Source: an uncultured Pelagibacteraceae bacterium (lineage in GTDB: Bacteria; Pseudomonadota; Alphaproteobacteria; Pelagibacterales; Pelagibacteraceae). Taken from it: 64,000 nucleotides of DNA. Both the position numbers and the translations under genes were made by a program. The DNA lies in NCBI GenBank assembly GCA_902526085.1, contig CABZJN010000002.1, forward strand, positions 28,716 to 92,715. Reading direction: 5' to 3'. The notes beneath the pieces are model-generated. The model was not told the origin of the DNA, made no database searches, and saw nothing but the letters and a program-made list of their open reading frames with translations. Positions within the stretch are counted from its first letter, which is position 1. Each line of letters begins with the position of its first letter. Below, piece after piece: positions 18,944 to 28,108 of this stretch.

Positions 18944-19384
18944 ATGTATAGACCTTTGCCAGACGAATTAACAATAAAGAGTTCTCCAATTGAAGGTTTA
19001 GGACTATTCGCAACAAAAGAAATTAAAGCAAATACTTTTATTGGTATCACTCACATAAGAGACGAGCAGTTTGAAAATAAATATATAAGAACTCCATTAG
19101 GTGGTTTTTATAATCATTCTGATAGTCCCACAGTTCAAAGAATGGTATCTAATATTTTACCTACATTAAAATTTGGAGATCCAATTGATCCTACCGCAAA
19201 AGCAAAGAAGTTTAATGAGAACGATGATAACCTAGAAAACATGTATTATAATTTAAGAGAGAAACCAGACGCAAAATATTTTTTTATGGTTTCAATTAAA
19301 GATTTGAAGCCCGGAGATGAGCTTTGTGCAAATTATAATTTATACACCTATCCAAAGACAGGAGTTGGTGTACAGATGTTATAG
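18944..19384 (+). CDS. SET-domain protein (putative lysine/amine methyltransferase)
   Basis: SSPIEGLGLFATKEI, GGFYNHS and GDELCANY match the three canonical SET motifs. Confidence 0.85.
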   Translation: MYRPLPDELTIKSSPIEGLGLFATKEIKANTFIGITHIRDEQFENKYIRTPLGGFYNHSDSPTVQRMVSNILPTLKFGDPIDPTAKAKKFNENDDNLENMYYNLREKPDAKYFFMVSIKDLKPGDELCANYNLYTYPKTGVGVQML

Positions 19385-19386
19385 GA

Positions 19387-20622
19387 ATGAAGTTTAATAG
19401 AAAAATTCTTTCAGAAACCCAGCCCATTAAAAAATACATTTCAAAAAAAAGATTAAGAGAAGATGAAATAGATTTCGATAAACTTAGATCTTATAGACTT
19501 GACAGAGTAAGAAATGAATTAAAGAAAAATAATATTGAAGCATGCATTTTATTTGATCCAGTAAATGTAAGGTATGCATTAGACACTGTAAATATGAGTG
19601 TTTATAATATGCATAATCTTACAAGGTATTGTTTTATCCCCGTTGATGGTCCTACAATATTATATGAATATTTTAATTGTGAAATATTATCTAAAGGTCT
19701 TGATTTAATAGATGAAATTAGAACAGCAATTACTTGGGATTATTTTAGCAACGGAGACCAATCAGAATTACAACTAAAAAAATGGGTTAATGAAGTTAAT
19801 GATTTATCTAATACATATTTTAAAAGTAAAAAAATTGCAATTGATGTTATCAATGGTCCAGCTGTAAATGAACTGAATAAAAAAGGTATTAAAGTTTTAG
19901 AGGCAAAAAAAATTCTTGAACAGGCTAGGGTAATTAAATCCTCTGAGGAAATTAAATGTATGCGTGCAGCTTTAGAAGTTGCTGATATTGGAATAATTAA
20001 AATGAGAGATTACTTGAAATCAGGAATTACAGAGGATGAGCTATGGTCTATTTTACATAAAACAAACATTGAAAATGGTGGAGAATGGATAGAATGTAGA
20101 ATTTTATCTTCGGGCTCTAGAACTAATCCTTGGATGCAAGAAAGTAGTAATAAAATTATACAAGATGGTGAAATAGTGTCTTTTGATACAGACATGGTTG
20201 GCCCGTATGGATATTGTGCTGATATTTCAAGAGCATTTGTTTGTGGAAATAAATTCAACGAATATCAAAAGAAATTATATCAAACAGCTGTTGAGCAAAT
20301 AGATTATAATTCAAGATTAATTAAAGCTGGTGTAACGTTTAAAGAGTTTACAGAAAAAGCATGGATACTTCCTAGTAAATATTATGGAAATAGATACTCT
20401 GTTATGCTTCATGGCATAGGCTTATGTGATGAATGGCCTGCAATTAGATATCCAACTGATGGAGGAGAAAGAGGTGGTACATTTCAAAAAAATATGACAA
20501 TTACTTTAGAAAGTTATATTGGAGAAGTCGGAGGTAATGAAGGAGTGAAATTAGAACAGCAATATTTAGTTGGTGAGAATGGATTAGAGTTAATGTCACA
20601 TCATCCATTAGAAAAAATTTAA
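19387..20622 (+). CDS. dddP: M24B metallopeptidase-fold enzyme, DddP (DMSP lyase)-like
   Basis: DPVNVRY, GGEWIECR..SSG.RTNPW.QE, FDTD..G.YG.CADISR, HGIGLCDEWP and VKLEQQ closely follow the DddP subfamily. Confidence 0.62.
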   Translation: MKFNRKILSETQPIKKYISKKRLREDEIDFDKLRSYRLDRVRNELKKNNIEACILFDPVNVRYALDTVNMSVYNMHNLTRYCFIPVDGPTILYEYFNCEILSKGLDLIDEIRTAITWDYFSNGDQSELQLKKWVNEVNDLSNTYFKSKKIAIDVINGPAVNELNKKGIKVLEAKKILEQARVIKSSEEIKCMRAALEVADIGIIKMRDYLKSGITEDELWSILHKTNIENGGEWIECRILSSGSRTNPWMQESSNKIIQDGEIVSFDTDMVGPYGYCADISRAFVCGNKFNEYQKKLYQTAVEQIDYNSRLIKAGVTFKEFTEKAWILPSKYYGNRYSVMLHGIGLCDEWPAIRYPTDGGERGGTFQKNMTITLESYIGEVGGNEGVKLEQQYLVGENGLELMSHHPLEKI

Positions 20623-21029
20623 TGAAAATAATTTTAATTATGGGTTTGCCTGGAGCTGGCAAAACAACATTGGCAGACGAACTAGCCCCTAAACTCAATG
20701 CAAAAAGATTAAATGCTGACGAAGTTAGAAAAGCAGCAAATGATTGGGATTTTTCAGAAGAAGGTAGAAAAAGACAGGCAAAAAGAATGGCTGACTTTGC
20801 TTTGGAATTAAAAAACCAGGGAAATTATGTTGTAGCAGATTTTATTTGCCCAACACCTGAGGCAAGAAAATTATTTCCAGCAGATTTTATAATTTGGGTA
20901 GATACGATCAAAGAAGGAAGGTTTGAAGACACTAATCAGATGTTTGTCAAACCTGAAAAATTTGATTTTCATGTAACTACTCAAAATGCTAAGGTTTGGA
21001 CTGATAAAATAATTAAGGAGATATCATAA
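20622..21029 (+). CDS. Short adenylyl-sulfate kinase (CysC)-like P-loop kinase
   Basis: GLPGAGKTT, NADEVR, DFSEEGRKRQ and DFICPT motifs; lacks the C-terminal RDPKGLY region of true CysC. Confidence 0.75.
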   Translation: MKIILIMGLPGAGKTTLADELAPKLNAKRLNADEVRKAANDWDFSEEGRKRQAKRMADFALELKNQGNYVVADFICPTPEARKLFPADFIIWVDTIKEGRFEDTNQMFVKPEKFDFHVTTQNAKVWTDKIIKEIS

Positions 21030-21403
21030 TGAGTTATGAATGGGATAATAAAAAACCAACAGCACAAATGCTTGGAAGATGGCAACCTTTTCATGAGGGT
21101 CACTATACATTATTTAGAGAGATCATAAAAAAAACTGGTCAAGTGTGTATTCAAATAAGAGATGTACAAGGAGTTGATGATAATCCATTCGACTTTGAAA
21201 CTGTAAAAAAAAATATTGAGGATAAATTAAATCCAGAGTTTGAAGGAAGATTCAAAATAATGATGGTCCCAAACATTACAAATATTTGTTACGGAAGAGG
21301 AGTGGGCTATAAAATTGAGGAGATAGTATTATCTGAAGAAATACAGAAAATTTCAGCCACAAAAATTAGAGCTAAAATGCGTGAAGATGGAGAATTAAAA
21401 TAA
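21029..21403 (+). CDS. HxGH-family cytidylyl/nucleotidyltransferase-like protein
   Basis: GRWQPFHEGH and C-terminal ISATKIR; coupled to the kinase by TAATG. Confidence 0.8.
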   Translation: MSYEWDNKKPTAQMLGRWQPFHEGHYTLFREIIKKTGQVCIQIRDVQGVDDNPFDFETVKKNIEDKLNPEFEGRFKIMMVPNITNICYGRGVGYKIEEIVLSEEIQKISATKIRAKMREDGELK

Positions 21404-21417
21404 TTATAAACTTAAAT

Positions 21418-22191
21418 ATGAATGTAAAAACAAGAAAATTAGGTAAGGGAATTACAAATGTGGTAATTAATGATCCTAAAACCTACAATTCTCTATCATT
21501 TAAAACTTTAAGAGATCTTTTAAATACATTTATTCGGTTAGATAAAGATAATGATACTAGGGTAATAGTATTAGAAGGTTCCGGTAAAGGTTTTAGCGCT
21601 GGTCATAATCTTAAAGAAGTAGGTGGAATAAAAAATAGGTCAAATCACCTTAAATTATTTAATCTTTGTTCAAAATTAATGATGAAAATTGTTGAAGGAA
21701 AGAAACCAGTTATTGCAAAAGTGCATGGTGCAGCTTATGCGGCCGGATGTCAGTTAGCTGCAAGTTGTGACCTTGCATTCAGTACAACAACAGCTACATT
21801 TGCAACACCTGGAGTAAATATTGGATTGTTTTGTAGCACGCCAATGGTTGCTGTTAGTAGAAAGGTGACTAGAAAAATTATGATGAAGATGCTTTTAACT
21901 GGAGAGCCAATAAATGCTAAATATGCAAAAGATATTGGTTTAATTAATGATTGTTTTTCAAGTAAAAAACTTAATTCAGAAGTTTTAAAAATTGCAAAAA
22001 CCATTTCTTCAAAATCAAATTTAACAATTAAAATTGGTAAACAAGCTTTCTACAAACAATTAGAAATGCCATTAGGAGATGCATACAAATTTACGAGTAA
22101 AATGATGACTTTAAATATGGCTTCACAAGATGCAAAAGAGGGGATATCAGCTTTTTTACAAAAAAGAAAACCTAACTGGAAAAATAAATAA
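21418..22191 (+). CDS. Enoyl-CoA hydratase/isomerase family protein
   Basis: FSAGHNLKE, AAGCQLAASCD and PGVNIGLFCSTP motifs. Confidence 0.9.
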   Translation: MNVKTRKLGKGITNVVINDPKTYNSLSFKTLRDLLNTFIRLDKDNDTRVIVLEGSGKGFSAGHNLKEVGGIKNRSNHLKLFNLCSKLMMKIVEGKKPVIAKVHGAAYAAGCQLAASCDLAFSTTTATFATPGVNIGLFCSTPMVAVSRKVTRKIMMKMLLTGEPINAKYAKDIGLINDCFSSKKLNSEVLKIAKTISSKSNLTIKIGKQAFYKQLEMPLGDAYKFTSKMMTLNMASQDAKEGISAFLQKRKPNWKNK

Positions 22192-22212
22192 TAATTATTT
22201 TAAATTTAAATT

Positions 22213-22680
22213 ATGAACGACGATCAAATTAAATCCATTTTAAGAAAATCAAAAGTCATTGCAATGATTGGCGTAAGTTCTGAGAAAAAAGGGGAAGATA
22301 AAAAAAATCTTAAAAGAAAACCTGCAAACGTAGTTATGAAGTATATGCAAAACTTTGGCTATAAAGTGATACCTATAAACCCTTTTGCAGTAGGTGAAAT
22401 TGTAAATGGTGAACCAATGGTTGAAAGCTTGAATAATGTTAAAGAGGAGATCGATATAGTTGATGTTTTTAGACCTTCAAGCGAAGCTGAGGGCATTGCA
22501 AAACAAGCAATTCAAAAAGGAACTAAAGTATTATGGTTACAGTATGGAATTCATAGCGATGAGGCTCAAGTGATTGCTGACAAAGAAAATATTGAATTTA
22601 TTTCCAACAGATGCATAAAGCAGGAATATCAAAAACTTTTTCAAAAATCTAATCCAGTTTTTCCAGTTCTAAAAGATTAA
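22213..22680 (+). CDS. CoA-binding protein (YccU-like)
   Basis: IAMIGVS, VIPINP, IDIVDVFRPS, LWLQYG and NRCIK motifs. Confidence 0.9.
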   Translation: MNDDQIKSILRKSKVIAMIGVSSEKKGEDKKNLKRKPANVVMKYMQNFGYKVIPINPFAVGEIVNGEPMVESLNNVKEEIDIVDVFRPSSEAEGIAKQAIQKGTKVLWLQYGIHSDEAQVIADKENIEFISNRCIKQEYQKLFQKSNPVFPVLKD

Positions 22681-23249
22681 TGAAAAAAGTATTTTTGGTT
22701 TATGGTCATTATAATGAAAAATCTTTCAATTCAGCAATCAAAGATGCGTTTATAAAATCAGCAGAAGAAAAAGGTCATTCAGTAGAATGTATAGATTTAT
22801 ATAAAGAAAAGTTTAACCCAGTATATGCTGGTGAAAAAGCTGACGAAGTAGTTTTAGATCACAGAAAAAAAATAGATGAATCTGATTTAATTGTCCTTGT
22901 AGCACCTATTTGGAACTATAGAATGCCAGCAATATTAGAGGGATGGATAGATAAAGTATTAGCACCACCTTGGGCTTTTTCTTTTAAGAAACTTATTGGT
23001 AACCATGGATATGCTGTAGGAAAACTAAAAAGTAAAAAAGCTATAATTTTCTGCACATATGGCTCTCCAAGATTTTCAATTACAGATTTTTTTTTAAATT
23101 TGCCCCTCAGAAGAATTAAAAAAGGTATTTTTAATAAGTGTGGTATTTATGACATTGCCTATAAACGATATTTTGCTGTACCATTTGTCTCAAATGAAAA
23201 AAGAATTGAATTTTTGGAAGATGTTAAAAATACAGCCAGCAATCTATAG
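22680..23249 (+). CDS. Flavodoxin-fold NAD(P)H-dependent (quinone) oxidoreductase
   Basis: YGHYNEKSFN, DLYKEKFNP and PIWNYRMPAILEGWIDKV motifs. Confidence 0.88.
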   Translation: MKKVFLVYGHYNEKSFNSAIKDAFIKSAEEKGHSVECIDLYKEKFNPVYAGEKADEVVLDHRKKIDESDLIVLVAPIWNYRMPAILEGWIDKVLAPPWAFSFKKLIGNHGYAVGKLKSKKAIIFCTYGSPRFSITDFFLNLPLRRIKKGIFNKCGIYDIAYKRYFAVPFVSNEKRIEFLEDVKNTASNL

Positions 23250-23694
23250 CATCTTATTTCTATTTATTTTTTCTTTAAATGAATTATCTGCAGAGATAAG
23301 AAAACCAAACCCAGAGATAAAACCAAGAGAAGTTATTGAGATACAACTGAATGCTTTAATGAGGAACGATAGTCCCGAAAAAGACAGCGGTATCATTCAA
23401 ACATGGTTTTTTGCTCACCCAAACAATCAAAGAGTTACAGGACCTATTGAGAGATTTAAAAACATGATTAAGACCGATTCTTATTCAATGCTTTTAAACC
23501 ACGAAAATTATGAAATTGTAGAAGTTTATAAATCAAAAGGTGTATCGACATTTGAAGTAACCATTATGGACAAGGATAAAAAATATTACAAATTCAAATG
23601 GCAAGTTGAAAAATACGAAGTTGATGGATTTTTAAAAAATTGTTGGCTCACTACTGCAGTATCTCAACCAATGCCAATGGGCTCTTCTATTTAA
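23221..23694 (+). CDS. Secreted DUF4864-like protein
   Basis: Start moved to ATG 23221, giving the signal peptide MLKIQPAIYSILFLFIF. VIEIQLNAL, FAHPNNQ..GP..RF..M and CWLT motifs. Confidence 0.65.
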   Translation: MLKIQPAIYSILFLFIFSLNELSAEIRKPNPEIKPREVIEIQLNALMRNDSPEKDSGIIQTWFFAHPNNQRVTGPIERFKNMIKTDSYSMLLNHENYEIVEVYKSKGVSTFEVTIMDKDKKYYKFKWQVEKYEVDGFLKNCWLTTAVSQPMPMGSSI

Positions 23695-23909
23695 TGAAAA
23701 AACCTAGTTTTCCAGTACGAATTGCAATACTTATGGCAATTCTTTGTATCCCACCGATTGGTGCCACCCAGATAGGTTGGTATTATTTTGGACAAACTAT
23801 GGGAGTAAATTTTGGTATGGCTGCAGGAGTGGTGAGTGTAATTACTGCCGCATATTTAATGTACCAAATGGGTTGGAGAGATGACGATGATGATGATTAT
23901 CCCTATTAG
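23694..23909 (+). CDS. 71-aa two-helix membrane protein with an acidic C-terminal tail
   Basis: TAATG-coupled start at 23694; two hydrophobic segments followed by WRDDDDDDYPY. Confidence 0.7.
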   Translation: MKKPSFPVRIAILMAILCIPPIGATQIGWYYFGQTMGVNFGMAAGVVSVITAAYLMYQMGWRDDDDDDYPY

Positions 23910-23949
23910 AATTATGTTTAGTTTATAGAAAAAATTTAGTAAAAATCGC

Positions 23950-26385
23950 ATGATGAAATCAAAAGCAAAAGTTGTAGTAGTAGGTGGTGGAGTTGTTGGT
24001 GTTAGTGCTCTGTATCACTTAGCTAAAAAGGGCTGGTCTGATGTTGTTTTGATTGAAAGAAAGGAATTAACCTCAGGTTCAACATGGCATGCAGCTGGTC
24101 TACTTCCATTATTTAACATGAGTTACTCAGTTGGCCAGTTACATAAATATGCAGTTAATCTTTATAAAAGTTTAGAGGAAGAAACAGGCAAGAACGTTGG
24201 TTTCAGTGTTGTTTCAAATATTAGATTAGCGGACAACAAAGATAGAATGGATGAGTATCATCAATACGCTGGAGTTGCAAAAACTATTGGAGTAGATGTA
24301 AAATTTCTAACACCAGACCAAGTAAAAGAAATTTGGCCTTTGTGTAATACAAATGATTTAATTGGAGCAATACAACATCCCGAAGATGGATACATTCAAC
24401 CAGCTGATTTAACACAAGCATTAGCTACGGGTGCAAGAAATAGAGGTGCTGAGATTTACAGAAATACAACAGTTCTGGCAATGAAACAAAATAAAGATGG
24501 GTGGGTTGTTGAAACAGATAAGGGATCTATAGAATGTGAACACGTAATTTCATGTTCAGGAAATTTTGCTAGACAAACTGGTAAGATGGTTGGTTTAGAT
24601 ATTCCAGTAATACCAGTTGAACATCAATATATTGTAACAGAACCACATCCAGAAATTCAAAAAAGAAAAAAAGAAGGTCTTCCAGAAATGGGAGTTTTGA
24701 GAGATAGCGATAGCAGATGGTACATGAGAGAGGAAGCGGGTGGTTTAATTCTAGGACCATATGAAGATGGTGCTCCTGCCTGTTATGTAGATGGTCCTTC
24801 AAAGGAATCTGAGTATGAACTTTTCCAAGAAGATCTAGATAGACTTGCTCCTCATATTGAAGGAGCTATTCATAGAGTTCCAGCATTTGGAGAGGTAGGA
24901 GTTAAAAAAGTTTACAACGGTGCTATTTGCTATACTCCAGATGGAAATCCGATAGTTGGTCCAGCATGGGGATTAAAGAACTTTTGGATTAATGAAGGTC
25001 ATAGTTTTGGAATTACAGCAGCCGGTGGAGCCGGATGGCAATTAGCAGAGTGGATTGTTGATGGTGAACCTACAATTGATATGCTTGGAGTAGAACCAAG
25101 AAGATATGGAGATTATTGCTCAAAATCATATCTTAAAGAGAAGAATGAAGAAGCTTATAGTCATGTATTTATAACTCACTTTCCAGATGAAGAAAGACCA
25201 GCTGCAAGACCTTTAAGAACAGCTCCGTGTTATGACAGAATGAAAAATCTTGGTGCAGTTTTTGGTCAAAAATTTGGATGGGAAAGACCAAACTTTTTTG
25301 CAACTGATGGCATGGAACAAAAGGATGATTGGTCATTTAGAAGATCTAATTGGTTCAAAGCAGTTGAAAAAGAGTGCAAAAATGTAAAAGAAAATGTTGG
25401 ACTGCTAGATATGACCGCATTTGCTAAATGCAGAATTAAAGGACCTGGAGCTGAAGAATTTTTAGATAAGTTGGTAGCCAATAAATTACCAAAAAAGGTA
25501 GGTAGAATTAATTTATGTCACGCATTAAATACCAAAGGTGGTGTTCACTCAGAATTTACAATTATGAGAGAGTCAGAAAATAGTTTTTATCTTGTTTCTG
25601 CCGGGGCTTACCAAAGATTGGATCACGATTGGATATTTGGTTGGATGCCAAAAGATGGATCAGTTCAATTTGAGAACTTAACAAATAGTAAAGGTGTACT
25701 TGTAGTATCAGGACCGAAAGCAAGAGAATTGATGCAAAGGGTGTCAAATGATGATTTTTCAAATGAAAATTTTAAATGGCTAAGCGCAAAACAAGTAGAT
25801 GTAGGTTTTGCACCAGTAAATGCAATGAGAGTTAATTTTGTTGGAGAGCTAGGATGGGAACTTCATCATCCTATTGAATATCAAAATCATATTTTCGATA
25901 AACTTATGGATGCAGGTCAAGACTTAGGTTTAAAACCTTATGGTATTAGAGCAATGAACAGTTTGAGAGTTGAAAAATCCTACAAACTAGTTGGAACAGA
26001 ATTATCAATTGAGTATTCACCTTACGAAAGTGGACTAGATAGATTTATTCATCCAAACAAAGGAAGTTTTATTGGACTTGATGCTTTAAATAAATGGAGA
26101 GAAAAAGGCTTTGATAATAAGCTTGTTACTCTAGAGGTTCACGAAACTAGTGATGCCGATGTATTAGGAAACAACCCAATTTATGAAAATGGTAGTGTTG
26201 TAGGACGTGCAACTGGTGGTGATTTTGGATTTAGACTAGGAAAATCTATCGCACTAGGAATGGTTAAACCAGAGCTAGCAAATGTTGGACAAAAACTAAG
26301 GATTGATATACTTGGTAAAATGCATGAGGCAACAATTTTAGAAGAAAGTCCTTACGATGCAGAAAATAAATTATTGAGAGCTTAA
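23950..26385 (+). CDS. Dimethylglycine dehydrogenase family, paralog 2 (coupled to etfB)
   Basis: [27 protein letters not shown] and NFVGELGWE motifs; TAATG overlap with etfB. Confidence 0.92.
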   Translation: MMKSKAKVVVVGGGVVGVSALYHLAKKGWSDVVLIERKELTSGSTWHAAGLLPLFNMSYSVGQLHKYAVNLYKSLEEETGKNVGFSVVSNIRLADNKDRMDEYHQYAGVAKTIGVDVKFLTPDQVKEIWPLCNTNDLIGAIQHPEDGYIQPADLTQALATGARNRGAEIYRNTTVLAMKQNKDGWVVETDKGSIECEHVISCSGNFARQTGKMVGLDIPVIPVEHQYIVTEPHPEIQKRKKEGLPEMGVLRDSDSRWYMREEAGGLILGPYEDGAPACYVDGPSKESEYELFQEDLDRLAPHIEGAIHRVPAFGEVGVKKVYNGAICYTPDGNPIVGPAWGLKNFWINEGHSFGITAAGGAGWQLAEWIVDGEPTIDMLGVEPRRYGDYCSKSYLKEKNEEAYSHVFITHFPDEERPAARPLRTAPCYDRMKNLGAVFGQKFGWERPNFFATDGMEQKDDWSFRRSNWFKAVEKECKNVKENVGLLDMTAFAKCRIKGPGAEEFLDKLVANKLPKKVGRINLCHALNTKGGVHSEFTIMRESENSFYLVSAGAYQRLDHDWIFGWMPKDGSVQFENLTNSKGVLVVSGPKARELMQRVSNDDFSNENFKWLSAKQVDVGFAPVNAMRVNFVGELGWELHHPIEYQNHIFDKLMDAGQDLGLKPYGIRAMNSLRVEKSYKLVGTELSIEYSPYESGLDRFIHPNKGSFIGLDALNKWREKGFDNKLVTLEVHETSDADVLGNNPIYENGSVVGRATGGDFGFRLGKSIALGMVKPELANVGQKLRIDILGKMHEATILEESPYDAENKLLRA

Positions 26386-27134
26386 TGAAAATTTTAGTCG
26401 CTGTAAAAAGAGTTATTGATTATAACGTTCAAATTAGAGTTAAAGATGACGGTAGTGGAGTTGTTACCGATAACGTTAAAATGTCTACAAACCCACCAGA
26501 TGATAATGCTATTGAGGAAGCTGTAAAAATAAAAGAGTCAGGTAAAGCAACAGAAATAATAGCAGTTACTGTTGGTGAAGAAAAAGCTCAAGAAACAGTT
26601 AGAAAAGCTTTAGCAGTAGGAGCGGACAGAGGAATTCATGTAAAGGTTGATGGCAACATTGAGCCTCTTGCTGTTTCTAAAATTTTAAAAAAAATTGTTG
26701 AAAAAGAAAATCCAGACTTAGTTTTTATGGGTAAACAAGCAATTGATGATGACTGTAATCAAACAGGCCAAATGTTAGCAGCACATTTAAATTGGCCACA
26801 AGCAACTTTTGCCTCAAAAATAGAAGTAAACGATAAATCATTACAAGTGACTAGAGAAGTGGATGAGGGTTTAGAAACAATTGAAGTTAATACACCAGCT
26901 ATTGTTACATGTGATTTAAGATTAAATGAGCCAAGATATGCGTCACTGCCAAATATCATGAAGGCTAAGAAAAAACCTATTGAACAGATTAATGCGTCAG
27001 ATCTAGGAGTTGATACAAACCCTAGAATAGAACATATTAAGATCGAAGAACCGCCAAAAAGAAAAGCGGGTATTAAAGTTGCGAGTGTTGAAGAATTAGT
27101 ACAAAAATTAAAAAATGAGGCTAAGGTAATTTAA
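26385..27134 (+). CDS. etfB: Electron transfer flavoprotein subunit beta
   Basis: [21 protein letters not shown] and [21 protein letters not shown] motifs. Confidence 0.97.
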   Translation: MKILVAVKRVIDYNVQIRVKDDGSGVVTDNVKMSTNPPDDNAIEEAVKIKESGKATEIIAVTVGEEKAQETVRKALAVGADRGIHVKVDGNIEPLAVSKILKKIVEKENPDLVFMGKQAIDDDCNQTGQMLAAHLNWPQATFASKIEVNDKSLQVTREVDEGLETIEVNTPAIVTCDLRLNEPRYASLPNIMKAKKKPIEQINASDLGVDTNPRIEHIKIEEPPKRKAGIKVASVEELVQKLKNEAKVI

Positions 27135-28087
27135 TGTCAGTTTTATTAATAGCAGAGCATAACAACAAAGAAGTAAAACCATTTACTTTAAATGCGATTA
27201 CAGCTGCATCACAAATAGATCAAGATCTTCATGTTTTGTTAATTGGAAGTAAGGCAGATGATGTTGCAAAATCTTTGTCTGAAATTCCTTTAGTAAAAAA
27301 AGTTCTTCATATAGATCATGAAATTTATGAAAATTATATTGCTGAGAATTATACTGCAGCAATTTTAAAACACGCTGATAAATATTCACATATTATTTGC
27401 TCAGCAAATACATTTGGAAAAAACCTTATGCCACGAGTAGCAGCATTATTAGATATTTCACAAGTAAGCGATATTATAAAAGTTATATCTCCTGATACCT
27501 TTTTAAGACCAATTTATGCTGGAAATGCATTTGCTACAGTTAAAAGTAATGATGAAAAAAAATGTGTTACTATAAGACCAACATCATTTGAAGCGGCTGA
27601 AACAACTGGAGGATCTGCCGAAATAGAAAAAATCGATGCTGCAGATCAAAGTGAAAATACGAAATTTATAAATAGAGAAGAAATTAAATCAGATAGACCT
27701 GAATTAGGTACAGCTAGAATAGTAATCTCAGGTGGTAGAGGCTTGCAAAGTGGAGAAAATTTCAAATTAATAACTGATGTAGCGGATAAGTTAAATGCTG
27801 CAATAGGAGCTTCAAGAGCTGCGGTTGATGCTGGATATATTACAAACGAACATCAAGTGGGACAAACTGGAAAAGTTGTTGTTCCTGATCTATATATAGC
27901 AGTTGGAATTTCTGGAGCCATTCAACATTTAGCAGGAATGAAAGAAAGTAAAGTTATAGTTGCTATAAATAAAGATGGTGAAGCACCTATTTTTAGTGTC
28001 GCAGATTACGGCCTGGAAGCTGATTTATTCGAAGCACTTCCTCAATTCTTAGAGGAACTGAACAAATTAAACACTATACAAAAATAA
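27134..28087 (+). CDS. etfA: Electron transfer flavoprotein subunit alpha
   Basis: RPIYAGNA, SGGRG, GASRAAVDAG, QVGQTGK and GISGAIQHLAGM motifs. Confidence 0.97.
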   Translation: MSVLLIAEHNNKEVKPFTLNAITAASQIDQDLHVLLIGSKADDVAKSLSEIPLVKKVLHIDHEIYENYIAENYTAAILKHADKYSHIICSANTFGKNLMPRVAALLDISQVSDIIKVISPDTFLRPIYAGNAFATVKSNDEKKCVTIRPTSFEAAETTGGSAEIEKIDAADQSENTKFINREEIKSDRPELGTARIVISGGRGLQSGENFKLITDVADKLNAAIGASRAAVDAGYITNEHQVGQTGKVVVPDLYIAVGISGAIQHLAGMKESKVIVAINKDGEAPIFSVADYGLEADLFEALPQFLEELNKLNTIQK

Positions 28088-28108
28088 CAAATACTGTAAG
28101 AAATTAGT

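Noticed and set aside
20622-21029. Calling the kinase cysC and inferring sulfate assimilation
   Set aside because: The protein is much shorter than CysC, lacks the lid motif, and no cysDN/cysH/cysIJ genes are in the window.
18944-21403. Prophage or mobile island around the SET, kinase and transferase genes
   Set aside because: No integrase, att-like repeats, tRNA, structural genes or visible compositional shift; the genes are tightly coupled to metabolic neighbours.
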